NCBI GenBank assembly: GCA_037440625.1
Contig: JBBITT010000005.1
Location: 41,492-105,491 of the forward strand
Length of the DNA stretch: 64,000 nucleotides
Reading direction: 5' to 3'
Origin: Chloroflexota bacterium
GTDB taxonomy: Bacteria > Chloroflexota > Anaerolineae > UBA4142
The notes under the pieces were generated by a model. It searched no databases. It was not told the DNA's origin and worked only from the letters and a program-made list of their open reading frames with translations. This document shows, piece by piece, positions 8,349 through 18,731 of this stretch. The position numbers and the translations under genes are program-made. Position 1 is the stretch's first letter. Every line of letters starts with the position of its first letter.

Positions 8349-9479
8349 ATGAAAGTTTCGTGCTTGCAAGAAAATCTCGCCAAAGGTCTTTCGATTGTCA
8401 GCCGTGCCGTTGCTTCGCGCTCGACGTTGCCGGTGTTGGGCAATGTTTTGCTCGCGACCGATCAGGGTCGTCTCAAAATCGCCGCGACGAACTTGGAACT
8501 GGCGGTTACGTGTTGGATCGGTGCCAAAGTAGATACCGAGGGCGCCATTACGGTCCCCGCACGCGTGTTAAGCGATTTTGTCAATTCATTGCCACCCGAA
8601 CGAATCGAAATGGAATTGAACCCGCGCACCCAAACGTTGCATCTTAAATGCGCGCGGTACGATGCAAACATCAAAGGGATTGATGCGCAAGAATTTCCAA
8701 TCATCCCCACCATCGGCGATGGCAAACGGATTGCGCTTGAACCCGAAACGCTCCGCGAAATGATTGAGCAGGTAACTTTTGCCGCCGCGACGGACGAATC
8801 GCGCCCGGTACTCACTGGGGTGGTGGCAAAATTCGAAAAAGATAAGGTAACCTTTGCCGCCGCCGATGGCTTTCGCTTATCGGTACGCCATGCCACCTTG
8901 CCCACGCCAATCGAGCAATCGTTCAGTGTCATTATCCCAGCAAAAGCGTTACAAGAAGTCGCGCGCGTGAGCGGCACCCAAGAAGATCCAATCGAACTCG
9001 CCATCACCGAAAATCGCTCCCAGATTCTATTCAAATTGACCAACATCGAAATTGTTTCGCAGTTGATTGACGGCACGTTCCCGGATTTCACGCGCATTAT
9101 TCCGGAATCGCACACCACGCGCACCGTGGTCAAGACCTCCGAATTGCAGAATGCGGTCAAAGCATCGTCGGTCTTTGCACGCGAATCTATGAACACGGTG
9201 CGCTTGCAAATTGCGCCTGCCAACGATTTGGGCGGCGGCAAGATCACCATCACCGCCACCAGTGCGGAATCCGGCGATAATGTGGGAGACATTGACGCCA
9301 CCGTGGACGGCGACTCGATTGAGATTGCCTTCAACGCGCGTTATCTTGCCGAAGTTCTCAACGTTCTCAAGGCGGCGCAAGTTGCAATTGAGACAACCAG
9401 CGCATCCAGCCCCGGCGTTTTCAAGATTGTTGGACGCGATGATTTCATTCACGTGATTATGCCGATGCATGTCAAGTAA
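8349..9479 (+). CDS. dnaN: DNA polymerase III subunit beta (sliding clamp)
   Basis: MKVSCLQENLAKGLSIVSRAVASRSTLPVLGNVLL... at 376 aa, the typical length and N-terminal pattern. Confidence 0.92.
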   Translation: MKVSCLQENLAKGLSIVSRAVASRSTLPVLGNVLLATDQGRLKIAATNLELAVTCWIGAKVDTEGAITVPARVLSDFVNSLPPERIEMELNPRTQTLHLKCARYDANIKGIDAQEFPIIPTIGDGKRIALEPETLREMIEQVTFAAATDESRPVLTGVVAKFEKDKVTFAAADGFRLSVRHATLPTPIEQSFSVIIPAKALQEVARVSGTQEDPIELAITENRSQILFKLTNIEIVSQLIDGTFPDFTRIIPESHTTRTVVKTSELQNAVKASSVFARESMNTVRLQIAPANDLGGGKITITATSAESGDNVGDIDATVDGDSIEIAFNARYLAEVLNVLKAAQVAIETTSASSPGVFKIVGRDDFIHVIMPMHVK

Positions 9480-9492
9480 ATTTCGACCAAGA

Positions 9493-9532
9493 AAACCAAA
9501 GGCGCGAGGGAATTGTTCCTCGCGCCTTTTTT
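9493..9532. terminator. Bidirectional intrinsic terminator
   Basis: GGCGCGAGG (9501-9509) pairs with CCTCGCGCC (9518-9526). It is flanked by an A-rich tract upstream and T6 downstream, between convergent dnaN and rnd. Confidence 0.8.
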
Positions 9533-9545
9533 GATCCCCAGCCAA

Positions 9546-10745
9546 CTATTTGTGCTTGCCCCGCAATACGTTGAGCATTTCTTCGCCATACTCGCGGGCT
9601 TTCCAGGGACCCAAACCGCTCACTTCAATCAACGCTTCGAGCGTCTTGGGATTCTTGCGCGCAATCGCAGTCAAAACATCGTTGGAGACAATCACATCCG
9701 GTTCAACACCCCGGCGTACCGCACGTGCTTTGCGCCACTCTTTCAATTTGCCAAAGCGTAACCGTGCCGCTTCGTCCAAGCATACTTCGTCTCGTGTACG
9801 TGGATGCGGTGGCGTGCGCTGAGGCGAGAGATTTCCTCGCGCGACTGCCGTGAGTATTCCAGTCCCATAACGATGTGCAATCAGGTCTGAAACTCCATCA
9901 ACATGCGCCAGCGCGCGTGGTGTGATCGGACGCGAGCGTGCAATGCGAAGCAAGGTTGCATCAGAAAGAATACGAAAGGGGGGACGATCTGCGTGGCGCG
10001 CTTGTGAGTCACGCCAACGATACAGTTCGCGCAAAATTCCCAGTCCGACCGGATCCAGATGACGCGCACCGCTGATGTGCCAATACGCGTCCGGGTCAAA
10101 GCGACGCAAGGTAGGTTCTACTTGGGCCAGCCGAGCAAACTCTTCGCGCGCTTCTTCAAGTCGCCCGGCTTGCTCTAGTTCTACCATTTGCAAATCGCGC
10201 AAGGCAAGCAAATAGTGAGTGTCCTCGCGCGCATATGCAATCTGTTCGGGTGTCAACGGACGCGATCCCCAATCGGCGCGTTGCATTTTCTTGTTGAGCG
10301 TTACACCAAATTTCTCTCGCAACACGTTGCCCAAACCAACATTCTTCCAGCCCAGAATGCGCGCAGCAATCATCGTATCGAAGATATTCGCAAATTGGAA
10401 ATGATAATCCCGTTTGAGACACAAGAGATCATACTCCGCCGCGTGAAAAACTTTTTCGATGGCGGGCAATGCAAAAATCGGGGCAAGGATACTCATCGCT
10501 TCACCGGCGTTGCTCAACGCGAGTGGATCCACCAGATAGTCTACCACGCGCGTCGAGATTTGCACCAAACACGTCTTCTCAAAGTACGAATAAAGGCTAT
10601 CCGATTCAGTGTCCACCGCGATCAACGTTTGCGTGGCTAGCTGCTTTTGTAATTGTTCTAACGCCGTCGGCGTTTCAATCAACACGGGGCGGGCAAACAG
10701 CGCACTTGGTCTATTTTGATAATTATCTACATAATTTGGCATCAT
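9546..10745 (-). CDS. rnd: Ribonuclease D-like 3'-5' exonuclease with an HRDC domain
   Basis: DEDD motifs (IAVDTESDS, HAAEYDLL, YAREDTHYL), followed by an HRDC-like and HhH-like C-terminus. Confidence 0.8.
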   Translation of the reverse strand: MMPNYVDNYQNRPSALFARPVLIETPTALEQLQKQLATQTLIAVDTESDSLYSYFEKTCLVQISTRVVDYLVDPLALSNAGEAMSILAPIFALPAIEKVFHAAEYDLLCLKRDYHFQFANIFDTMIAARILGWKNVGLGNVLREKFGVTLNKKMQRADWGSRPLTPEQIAYAREDTHYLLALRDLQMVELEQAGRLEEAREEFARLAQVEPTLRRFDPDAYWHISGARHLDPVGLGILRELYRWRDSQARHADRPPFRILSDATLLRIARSRPITPRALAHVDGVSDLIAHRYGTGILTAVARGNLSPQRTPPHPRTRDEVCLDEAARLRFGKLKEWRKARAVRRGVEPDVIVSNDVLTAIARKNPKTLEALIEVSGLGPWKAREYGEEMLNVLRGKHK

Positions 10746-11509
10746 TGATTTATCCCAACTTTTCCCTCACGCACTCCAAGCACATAGAACAACAGTGCTA
10801 CCAGGGCAAGGAGCGCGTCTATCCATTGATCAAGGCGTAATCCGTCCACCCACACTGCCTCGTCGCCGCGTTGAAAGCCAAGCAGAAAGTTTGCCAGCGA
10901 TGATACGAACAAGTAGACAATCGCGAGCCAGCCAGCACGCGGATTGCGTAACGCAAATATCCACAATCCAATAAACAAACCGGCGAACAAAAGAATTTCG
11001 AAATGTTGGAGAGGAAAACGCAAAGCGTACAATCCGTAAAGGTCCGGCAAATCTAGCGCCAGCGGGCTATCACTTGCAACACCATAGTTTGCACCATGCG
11101 CCAGCGCGCCTACCCAACCTATGGCTTGACCCAGACACATACCGATTGCCCCAGCATCGGCAAGACGAGCCAAGCGCAAATCGCGCACACGCGCATACAC
11201 TGCCAACGCGATCCCGCCGGTCAAAAGCGCACCGCGCATTGCCAAGCCGCCTAACCCCAATTGCACGATTTCCTCGGGACGGATCGAATAATACTCCCAA
11301 TGCGTCGCCACGTGATAGCCACGCGCCCCCAGCCATGCCGCCATGAACACCACCAGCACGCCATCGAAGAACAGAGTAACCGTGGTAGCACGGCGATAAC
11401 GCATGCGCAGGTACAGATAGGTGGCGAACAACCCACCCGTGATTCCCAGCATCACGAGCACGGTATACACCGGTAGTTCGATCAGAAACAAATCAAAAGT
11501 TGGTGGCAT
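10742..11509 (-). CDS. lgt: Prolipoprotein diacylglyceryl transferase-like membrane protein
   Basis: Polytopic membrane protein with an Lgt-like pattern (PVYTVLVMLGITGG..., GARGYH..., GALAHGANYG). No SD is visible before the ATG. Confidence 0.6.
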   Translation of the reverse strand: MPPTFDLFLIELPVYTVLVMLGITGGLFATYLYLRMRYRRATTVTLFFDGVLVVFMAAWLGARGYHVATHWEYYSIRPEEIVQLGLGGLAMRGALLTGGIALAVYARVRDLRLARLADAGAIGMCLGQAIGWVGALAHGANYGVASDSPLALDLPDLYGLYALRFPLQHFEILLFAGLFIGLWIFALRNPRAGWLAIVYLFVSSLANFLLGFQRGDEAVWVDGLRLDQWIDALLALVALLFYVLGVREGKVGINQ

Positions 11510-11511
11510 AG

Positions 11512-11553
11512 CAAAATGACACGACGCATCCTACACTGTGCAGGACGCGTCGT
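11512..11553 (-). terminator. Long hairpin plus U-tract after the 837-aa gene
   Basis: ACGACGC...GCGTCGT forms an extended imperfect stem (11521-11553). On the minus strand it is followed by GTCATTTTGCT and then immediately by the lgt ATG. Confidence 0.5.
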
Positions 11554-11572
11554 TCATTCTAATTCAGATTGG

Positions 11573-14086
11573 CTAGGTGCGCAAACCTTCGATCACGCGT
11601 GTATAGTGATCAACCAACTGCGCCGCATTTTCCGCTGACGTTCCTTCAGCATAAATTGTAAAGACCGGGGCATCTGTTTCTGGCACAAACAGCACCCACT
11701 CGCGTTCACTCACACGTATTTTGAGTCCATCCACTTGATCGCAGATGCGATCTTGGTATTGTTCGTTCAACACGCGCATCACCGTCCCCTTTTGCTCCCA
11801 CGGACAATTGACCGGCTTACTTGCCACGTGCCAAGCCGGCAAGGTTGCCACAACTTGATCCAACGTTATGTTTTGTGTGGCAAGGAGTTCAAGTAGTTTA
11901 GCGATGGGGAACATGGCGTCCACCAAACGATGAAATGACGGAACAATAAATTCGCCAGCGCCGCTTGCCGCCAAGATCACACTAGGGTCGCTCATCGCTT
12001 CCATTAAGCCTTGCGGTTCGATCCGCGTGCGTCGAACCTGAGCGCCATGCCGCGCTGCAATCTCATCAAAAATCTGTGGTTGATGCACCATCACCGCAAT
12101 CGTCCGGGGTTGTGTGCGATCCGATGCCCGCAACAACAATTCGGCAAAGGCAGCGGCAACCGTGGTGCCGTGCAATTTGTTGCCATTCCGATCCACCAGC
12201 CAGACGCGCTCGCCAGCCACATCAAATCGCAAACCCAGATCGGCTTGGAGGGCGGCGGTGATCGTTGCCAATTGATCAATCCCGCGTTGAAACTCTTCGG
12301 TGGCAACTGCCATTTTATTTTCATCTAGCCGTTCGTTCAGCGCGATCACCTGACATCCCAAGGCATTGAAAATCGGAGGCAGCACCAAAGAAGTGGGTGC
12401 GTTAGCATAGTCCACCACTAACGTAAAGTGCGCCGCGCGAATCGCCTCTCCATTGAGCGCTCTGATAAAATCTTCGCTGTAACGCTTTTCGGCTTCGCCC
12501 GCCGTCTCGTCAATCCGCCCTAACTGATCAAAAGCCACGCGCCGAAAATCTTCGCGGAAGAAAATATTTTCGATACTGCGCTCTTGGGATTTACTCAAAT
12601 TCTTACCCTCGCGATCGAACAAGCGAATATCCACCACCCGTTGATCGTACGGCGAAAGGCGCACGTGCGCGCCGCCCGCTGCCCCGCTCACCACCGTGTA
12701 ATAGCGCGCGACCGGAATCGGAACAGATTCGACATCGCGAACGGAAATGCCTGCGGAGGGAAAGCCACTGACCATACCTCGTTTGATCATCCGCGCGGCA
12801 CGATGTAGATCACGATTGATGATCACAAAAGAACCGCGTGGCAACGTCGCCCCAAAGGCCGCCGCCAAGCGCGCCGCAAATTCCGGCGTGAGATCAATGT
12901 TGACCAACCCGGTAATACCATAACGACCAAACAAATTCCGGCGCGCTTGGGAACCCCACACCAGCGAAGATTTCACCGTCGCGCCGGCTTCTACTTCTTT
13001 ATGGGGCCAAATCTTGACGTTGGGATGAATGACGGCATCTTCGCCAACTGTACAATTATCGCCCAACACCACTCCTTCGAACAACACAGAACGCGGTTTC
13101 AAACTACAGCCACGCCCCACAATCGCGCCACGGAGTTCCACGCCTTCGCCAATATACGAGTTGCGCCAAATGATACAGCGATCAATGTGCGCGCGATTGT
13201 CCACAATGGTAAACGGACGAATCGCTGTGGGACCGTGAATGACCACCCCGCCCTTGATGCGCACACCTTGCTGGAGAAGAATAGGCCCGTTGAGTTGGGC
13301 ATCGGGCGCAATTTCCACGTCGTCTTCTACATAGATATTACCACCAAGGTGTCGCCCAATTTCGCCTACCTTCACTTTGCCCGCCAAGACATCGCCGGTG
13401 GCACGCATGTATTCGGCGATGCTTCCTACATCGCACCAATAACCATCGGCAACATAACCGTACAACGGCAGACCTTTTTTCATCAAAATAGGAAACAAGT
13501 CTTTGCTAAAATCAAACGGCTTGCCGGCCTCGATGTAGTCCAACACTTGAGGGGACAAGACGTAAATACCGGTGTTGACGGTATCTGAAATCACTTCACC
13601 CCACGATGGCTTTTCGAGAAAACGTTTGATTCGTCCTTGCTCATCCACGATGATGACACCGTACTCTAGCGGATTGGGCACGTGATACAACGTAATCGTT
13701 ACCGCTGCGCCAACCCGCTGATGAAAGTTCATAATCGCCGTGAGATCGAAATCGGTTACTGCATCGCCGCTGATGATGAGGAATGGCTCTTTGCGCGTCA
13801 AAAACTTTTCGGCAAGTTTGACCGAGCCCGCCGTGCCAAGTGGATGCGGTTCGGTGGAGTAATTGATCGTAACGCCCAAGTTGGAGCCATCCCGAAAATA
13901 ATTTTGAATATCATCGGAGCGATAGTGGAGCGTGGCGACAATATCGTTGATGGTGTGGCGTTTGAGCAGTTCGACAATATGTCCCATCACATAACGATTC
14001 GCGATGGGCACCATCGGCTTGGGACGATTGAGCGTCAGAGGACGCAAGCGTGATCCTTCGCCGCCTGCCATCACTACGGCTTGCAT
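11573..14086 (-). CDS. Bifunctional sugar-1-phosphate nucleotidyltransferase / phosphohexomutase (NTP-transferase + left-handed beta-helix + PGM/PMM domains)
   Basis: N-terminus MAGGEGSRLRPLTLNRPKPMVPI, hexapeptide repeats in the middle, and a PGM/PMM-like C-terminal half. 837 aa. Confidence 0.8.
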   Translation of the reverse strand: MQAVVMAGGEGSRLRPLTLNRPKPMVPIANRYVMGHIVELLKRHTINDIVATLHYRSDDIQNYFRDGSNLGVTINYSTEPHPLGTAGSVKLAEKFLTRKEPFLIISGDAVTDFDLTAIMNFHQRVGAAVTITLYHVPNPLEYGVIIVDEQGRIKRFLEKPSWGEVISDTVNTGIYVLSPQVLDYIEAGKPFDFSKDLFPILMKKGLPLYGYVADGYWCDVGSIAEYMRATGDVLAGKVKVGEIGRHLGGNIYVEDDVEIAPDAQLNGPILLQQGVRIKGGVVIHGPTAIRPFTIVDNRAHIDRCIIWRNSYIGEGVELRGAIVGRGCSLKPRSVLFEGVVLGDNCTVGEDAVIHPNVKIWPHKEVEAGATVKSSLVWGSQARRNLFGRYGITGLVNIDLTPEFAARLAAAFGATLPRGSFVIINRDLHRAARMIKRGMVSGFPSAGISVRDVESVPIPVARYYTVVSGAAGGAHVRLSPYDQRVVDIRLFDREGKNLSKSQERSIENIFFREDFRRVAFDQLGRIDETAGEAEKRYSEDFIRALNGEAIRAAHFTLVVDYANAPTSLVLPPIFNALGCQVIALNERLDENKMAVATEEFQRGIDQLATITAALQADLGLRFDVAGERVWLVDRNGNKLHGTTVAAAFAELLLRASDRTQPRTIAVMVHQPQIFDEIAARHGAQVRRTRIEPQGLMEAMSDPSVILAASGAGEFIVPSFHRLVDAMFPIAKLLELLATQNITLDQVVATLPAWHVASKPVNCPWEQKGTVMRVLNEQYQDRICDQVDGLKIRVSEREWVLFVPETDAPVFTIYAEGTSAENAAQLVDHYTRVIEGLRT

Positions 14087-14093
14087 TTTTCCT

Positions 14094-14142
14094 CCTGAAA
14101 ACTAACGAACCAACGCACGCGATCAGAACGTTGGTTCGTTAG
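14094..14142 (-). terminator. Intrinsic terminator after the small membrane-protein gene
   Basis: A 14-bp stem, CTAACGAACCAACG (14102-14115) with CGTTGGTTCGTTAG (14129-14142). On the minus strand it is followed by TTTTC and then AGGAGG-ATG of the next gene. Confidence 0.7.
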
Positions 14143-14148
14143 GAATGG

Positions 14149-14394
14149 CTAGTCATCCTTCCCGGCTTCCACCGCGGCGGTGGCGATTGCCCACGCGATC
14201 AGACCCCAACTACCCCCCGCAAGCACAACCACAAGGAATAGGGAGCGTAGATTCAGCGGAGCGGCTTCTGGATTACGAATCATTCCAAAGACCGAGAGCG
14301 CAATCGCCATTGCCGCCGCAATGACACCCACCAAAACAGGTCCGTGCAATACTCCGCGCACCCGTTGCCACCAGGAGCGTTTTTCTTCCGTCAT
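14149..14394 (-). CDS. Small hypothetical membrane protein (2 predicted TM helices)
   Basis: An 81-aa ORF with two hydrophobic stretches (GPVLVGVIAAAMAIALSVFG, LFLVVVLAGGSWGLIAWAIATAAV). No family recognised. Confidence 0.45.
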   Translation of the reverse strand: MTEEKRSWWQRVRGVLHGPVLVGVIAAAMAIALSVFGMIRNPEAAPLNLRSLFLVVVLAGGSWGLIAWAIATAAVEAGKDD

Positions 14395-14506
14395 CGTTTC
14401 CCTTTCTCCTATTCGATCTAGTTTGATTATACCCTACGCCCTAGGGTGCGTCAAACTAAAAAACGATTACCTCATTTTCCCAAAACCTGATATAATCAGT
14501 CCACCG

Positions 14507-15352
14507 ATGAAAATCGTCATTACCGGAATTTTGGGACAACTGGGACGTGAACTCGAGCGCACGCTGAGCCCCACCCACACGATTATCGGCGTGGATTTGC
14601 CGGACTGGGACCTGACCCAGTCACGCGAAATTGAACGACTCGCCAGCATCCATCCCGATCTTGTGATCCACACCGCCGCAATGACCGATGTGGACGGATG
14701 CGCACGCGATCCACTTGCCGCGTACCGTTCGAACGCGCTGGCAACGCAAAACGTTGCCTTGGCGTGTCAACGGGTTGAGGCGGCAATGCTGTACGTCAGC
14801 ACCAACGAAGTATTCGATGGGACAAAGGGCGCGCCGTATTTTGAATGGGACGAACGACGCGCAATCAATCCGTACGGTCAATCCAAACTTGCCGGCGAAA
14901 AATTTGTAGAGCTGTTGCTCAACCGATTCTACATCGTGCGGATTGCGTGGCTGTACTCCACGTGGCGTGCCAACTTTGTCACCAAGATTCTCGATGCGGC
15001 AAAGCAAAACGGCGCGCTCACGGTCGTGGACGATGAAATTGGCAATCCCACCCACGCGCCCGATCTGGCGCGCGCGATTGCGCAACTCATCGAGACGCAA
15101 CATTACGGCATCTATCATCTCGTTGGTGAAGGCAGCGCTTCGCGGTACGATTGGGCGGAAAAAATTTTGCAACTGGCTGGCTTGAATGTGCCACTGAAAC
15201 GTTCCAAATTAGCCGAGTATCAACGCGCCTCGACGCCGCCTGCCTACGGTGCGCTCACCAACTTTATCGCCGCAACAGCGTTGGGAATCAAACTGCGGCC
15301 GTGGCAAGAAGCATTAGAAGATTATTTTGCAAACCTCAAATCGGCAACCTGA
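14507..15352 (+). CDS. rfbD: dTDP-4-dehydrorhamnose reductase
   Basis: MKIVITGILGQLGREL Rossmann N-terminus, YGQSKLAGE (YxxxK), and RfbD-typical length. The track ORF 14180..15352 is over-extended through the antisense of the small membrane gene. Confidence 0.85.
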   Translation: MKIVITGILGQLGRELERTLSPTHTIIGVDLPDWDLTQSREIERLASIHPDLVIHTAAMTDVDGCARDPLAAYRSNALATQNVALACQRVEAAMLYVSTNEVFDGTKGAPYFEWDERRAINPYGQSKLAGEKFVELLLNRFYIVRIAWLYSTWRANFVTKILDAAKQNGALTVVDDEIGNPTHAPDLARAIAQLIETQHYGIYHLVGEGSASRYDWAEKILQLAGLNVPLKRSKLAEYQRASTPPAYGALTNFIAATALGIKLRPWQEALEDYFANLKSAT

Positions 15353-15353
15353 A

Positions 15354-16283
15354 ATGTTCTCCGTAATCATCCCCAACTGGAATGGCATCCGTTTTCTCCC
15401 CACGTGTCTCAATGCCCTGCGCGCTCAAACCTTTCGCAATTTTGAAACCATCGTCGTGGACGATGCTTCAACGGATGACTCGCGCGCATTACTGAAAAAC
15501 GATTATCCAGAAGTTCGGGTGATTGCCTTGAGCAAGAATCGCGGGTTTGCGTACGCCGTCAACACCGGCATTCGCGCGGCGCAGGGTGAGGTCATTGTCT
15601 TGTTAAACAACGATACCGAAGCCGATCCCCACTGGCTCGAAGAAATCGCGAATGCATTTGCCAAGCATCCCGATGCCGGAATGGTCGTTTGCAAATTGCG
15701 CCTCTTTGATCGCCGCGATCACATTCACAGCGCGGGCGATTTCTATCGCGTGGACGGGGTGCCCGGCAATCGCGGCGTGTGGGAACCAGATCGCGGACAG
15801 TACGACGATGCGGACGGAATCTTTGGGGGCTGTGGTGGCGCGGTCGCCTATCGCAAAGCGATGCTGGATGACATCGGCTTGTTCGATGAAGCCCTTGTCG
15901 CAAACTTGGAAGACGTGGACTTGAATTGGCGCGCGCGCTGGGCGGGCTATTCGATTGTGTACGCCCCGCGCGCGATTGTCTATCATCACATCAGCGCGAC
16001 CGGCGGCGGCGCGTACGGCAGTTTCTATGTGGGACGCAATTTTATTTTGGTGTTGGCAAAAAATTATCCCGCGTCGCTTTGGAAAAAATATTGGCGCAAG
16101 ATTTTACGCGCGCAATTCAACATTACGTTCGATGCGTTGAAGCACTGGCGCGGCGCGGCGGCGCGCGCGCGCTTGCGGGGGCAACTTGCCGGCTTGATCC
16201 ATTTACCTCGTTGGCTCAAGCGGCGTAATGAGGTAATCCGCCGCGTGGATGATCAAGCCATTGAAGCAGCGCTGATTAAATAG
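15354..16283 (+). CDS. Glycosyltransferase family 2
   Basis: FSVIIPNWNG, IVVDDASTDDS and LLNNDTE motifs. The ATG lies 1 nt after the rfbD stop. Confidence 0.85.
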   Translation: MFSVIIPNWNGIRFLPTCLNALRAQTFRNFETIVVDDASTDDSRALLKNDYPEVRVIALSKNRGFAYAVNTGIRAAQGEVIVLLNNDTEADPHWLEEIANAFAKHPDAGMVVCKLRLFDRRDHIHSAGDFYRVDGVPGNRGVWEPDRGQYDDADGIFGGCGGAVAYRKAMLDDIGLFDEALVANLEDVDLNWRARWAGYSIVYAPRAIVYHHISATGGGAYGSFYVGRNFILVLAKNYPASLWKKYWRKILRAQFNITFDALKHWRGAAARARLRGQLAGLIHLPRWLKRRNEVIRRVDDQAIEAALIK

Positions 16284-16309
16284 GAGCGAGGGGTTCGCTC
16301 CTATTTTTG
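16283..16309 (+). terminator. Intrinsic terminator of the rfbD-GT2 unit
   Basis: GGAGCGA (16283-16289) pairs with TCGCTCC (16295-16301), followed by TATTTTT. Confidence 0.7.
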
Positions 16310-16963
16310 TTCGTGCACGCGCGTTTGGATTGGTGCGAAAGAATGGCGATGAATGTCTGAAATGCCCAACCGATCGAGCGCGGCGCGATGGGCGGCGGTG
16401 CCATACCCTTTGTGTTGCGCTAAACCATAGCCGGGATACTGCGCATCCAATTCGATCATCCAACGATCCCGGGTAACCTTGGCAAGAATCGAGGCGCACG
16501 CAATCGAGAGAACAAGTTGATCGCCGTGAATGATCGCCTGTTGTGGCAAGTGCGTTTGATCGAGTACGAGCGCATCAATGAGCAATGCCGCCGGCGCAAT
16601 CGGTAACGACGCGATGGCACGACCCATCGCCAAGCGCGTTGCCGGCACAATGCCCAGCGCATCAATTTCCTCAGGCGAGGCAAAGCCGGTAGCGTACGCC
16701 AATGCACATTGGCGAATCGGTTCGAAAAGCGCGGCGCGTTGACTTGGCGAGAGGAGTTTGGAATCGCGCGCACGTGCTAACGCACTCAACGGGAGGCGCG
16801 ACCACCAACGTTGGATGCGCTGAACGCGCGGAAGAATCACGACGCCGGCAACCACGGGACCCGCCCACGCACCACGCCCGGCTTCATCAATCCCGGCAAC
16901 CGTACGATAACCACGTCGCCAAAAAGTGTATTCGTATTTAAGCGAAGGAATTGGAGTAGGCAT
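16301..16963 (-). CDS. rnhB: Ribonuclease HII
   Basis: VAGIDEAGRGAWAGPVVAGVVIL active-site motif. I set the start at the ATG at 16963 because the longer track start (17002) runs through the upstream terminator hairpin. Confidence 0.88.
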   Translation of the reverse strand: MPTPIPSLKYEYTFWRRGYRTVAGIDEAGRGAWAGPVVAGVVILPRVQRIQRWWSRLPLSALARARDSKLLSPSQRAALFEPIRQCALAYATGFASPEEIDALGIVPATRLAMGRAIASLPIAPAALLIDALVLDQTHLPQQAIIHGDQLVLSIACASILAKVTRDRWMIELDAQYPGYGLAQHKGYGTAAHRAALDRLGISDIHRHSFAPIQTRVHEQK

Positions 16964-16970
16964 TGGCACC

Positions 16971-17008
16971 GTAAGTAAACAAACAGGGCTTGAAGGATTC
17001 AAGCCCTG
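16971..17008 (-). terminator. Intrinsic terminator after the PPIase gene
   Basis: An 11-bp stem, CAGGGCTTGAA (16984-16994) with TTCAAGCCCTG (16998-17008). On the minus strand it is followed by TTTGTTT. Confidence 0.75.
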
Positions 17009-17013
17009 GGCTT

Positions 17014-18312
17014 CTAACGCATTTGATCGTTGATTTGAGCGAGTATCTTTTTCACTTCGGCAGGAACATACTCATCTTTGTAAAAACGTTCGATCTTGGT
17101 GTTGGGATCGAGCACAAGTTTCTGGAGCCACTCGTCGAAAGCGTTCGTTTGTTTCTGTTGCAAGGCGGCGGGCTCCAGCGGACGATTCGGATCACGGGCG
17201 AGCACTTGGATGAGATGGACTCCAAAAGTGGTCGTAATTGGATCACTGATTTGATTGATGGGCAACGCAAAGGCGGCATCTTCAAATTCCTTGACCATCT
17301 GCCCGCGTGGAAACCAACCCAAGTCGCCGCCTTGATCCTTGGTGCCGGTATCGGTTGAGAGTTCCTGGGCGACCGTGGCAAAGTCTTCGCCTTTATCCAG
17401 CCGCGCTTTGGCTTGGAGGGCTTCTTCATAGGTCTTGACCAAGATGTGTCGTGCTTGGACTTGCTCTGCGGTCGGGGGAACCTCATCGCCAATGGCTTTT
17501 TGCAGTTTGCGGCGAAGCAATGCCGCTTCGATCATTTTACGAATGTCGGATTCGCTGACTTGGGCATTCTTGGCAAGGGTATCAAAATATTTTTTCTTTT
17601 CGTCTTGATAACCCTGGTACGACATTGGTGTGGCGGTAGGGAACGGCGTTTCAGTGGGTCCCAAGGTCGGCGTTACTGTTGGCGTCGTAGGTGTGATGGT
17701 GCCGGTGGGCGATGGCGATGGCGTAAACGTTGGCGTAATAGTTGGAGTTTGGGTCGGCGTCGCCGTATTGGTTGGCGTCGGCGAAGGGCCGGCAGTTGGG
17801 GTGGGCGTGGGACGTTGATAGCCAATATACTTTTCCAGTTGCTCTTCAACTTCATCTGCACTGACAGTGAGACCGCGCCGCGCTGCTTCTTGGCGCACCA
17901 ATTCATCTTCGATCATACTCTCTAGTTGATCGGTGGGAAGGGTGATCAGCTGAATAGCCACTTTTTGGTATTGTTGTTCAAATGACGATTTGAAATACGC
18001 AAGTGTGGGATCGGTGCTGATCTGCTGAAGACTCGTTGATAGTTCTTGCAATTGCCCCATCAAGTTCGCGGACATGTAACGCAGTTGTGCCTGATATTCG
18101 CGTACGGTAATGGGTTTGCCGTTGACAATCGCAATCGGATTATTGAGCTTGCCGATATTCTCCTGATAATAGCCGATTCCAAAAACGAGCAAGAGCAAAA
18201 GAGCAACGCCACCCAAAGCCAGATACAGCATTCGTTCTTGACGTTCTTCTCGTCTGCGATGAGCAAGTTGTTTGCGAGTTTCTTGGGGAATCCGTTTGGA
18301 AGATTTAGGCAT
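17014..18312 (-). CDS. Parvulin-type peptidyl-prolyl isomerase (SurA/PrsA-like) with an N-terminal TM and a Thr/Pro-rich linker
   Basis: PpiC domain [14 protein letters not shown]...[21 protein letters not shown]. The TPTPT... linker is encoded at about 17640-17810. GAGGAA lies upstream of the ATG. Confidence 0.85.
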   Translation of the reverse strand: MPKSSKRIPQETRKQLAHRRREERQERMLYLALGGVALLLLLVFGIGYYQENIGKLNNPIAIVNGKPITVREYQAQLRYMSANLMGQLQELSTSLQQISTDPTLAYFKSSFEQQYQKVAIQLITLPTDQLESMIEDELVRQEAARRGLTVSADEVEEQLEKYIGYQRPTPTPTAGPSPTPTNTATPTQTPTITPTFTPSPSPTGTITPTTPTVTPTLGPTETPFPTATPMSYQGYQDEKKKYFDTLAKNAQVSESDIRKMIEAALLRRKLQKAIGDEVPPTAEQVQARHILVKTYEEALQAKARLDKGEDFATVAQELSTDTGTKDQGGDLGWFPRGQMVKEFEDAAFALPINQISDPITTTFGVHLIQVLARDPNRPLEPAALQQKQTNAFDEWLQKLVLDPNTKIERFYKDEYVPAEVKKILAQINDQMR

Positions 18313-18327
18313 TCGTTCCTCGAATCA

Positions 18328-18370
18328 ATGATAAACCCGTGACGCGGGCGAATAGCACGCGCGTCACGGG
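18328..18370 (-). terminator. Intrinsic terminator after rpsR
   Basis: CCCGTGACGCG (18336-18346) pairs with CGCGTCACGGG (18360-18370). On the minus strand it is followed by TTTATCAT. Confidence 0.7.
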
Positions 18371-18387
18371 GCGACGATGCAGAGCCT

Positions 18388-18714
18388 TTATTCGCCGCGC
18401 AGGGATTCCGCCACAAAGGGAAGCAGCGCCACGTGGCGTGCACGTTTGATCGCCACGGCGAGCATCCGTTGATGTTTGGCGCACGTCCCCACTTTGCGGC
18501 GGGCTTTGATTTTGCCATGATCCGTCAAATAGCGCCGCAACAGATCGGCTTGCTTGTAATCAATCGTTTTGGCTTTTTGAGCGCAAAAGGGACAGACCCG
18601 CGGCGCGCGTGGTCCCCCAAAGCGTACCCCGCGACGCTGTCCATTGCGTTGCGGCGCGACAGCTTTGCGCTCCTCGGTGGGTTTGGTTTCTACCGGCTGA
18701 TTCGATTCGACCAT
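18388..18714 (-). CDS. rpsR: 30S ribosomal protein S18
   Basis: [60 protein letters not shown]. Confidence 0.93.
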   Translation of the reverse strand: MVESNQPVETKPTEERKAVAPQRNGQRRGVRFGGPRAPRVCPFCAQKAKTIDYKQADLLRRYLTDHGKIKARRKVGTCAKHQRMLAVAIKRARHVALLPFVAESLRGE

Positions 18715-18731
18715 TCGTGGACTCCTATTCC

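Noticed and set aside
8462-9334. 290-aa minus-strand ORF
   Set aside because: Antisense to dnaN.
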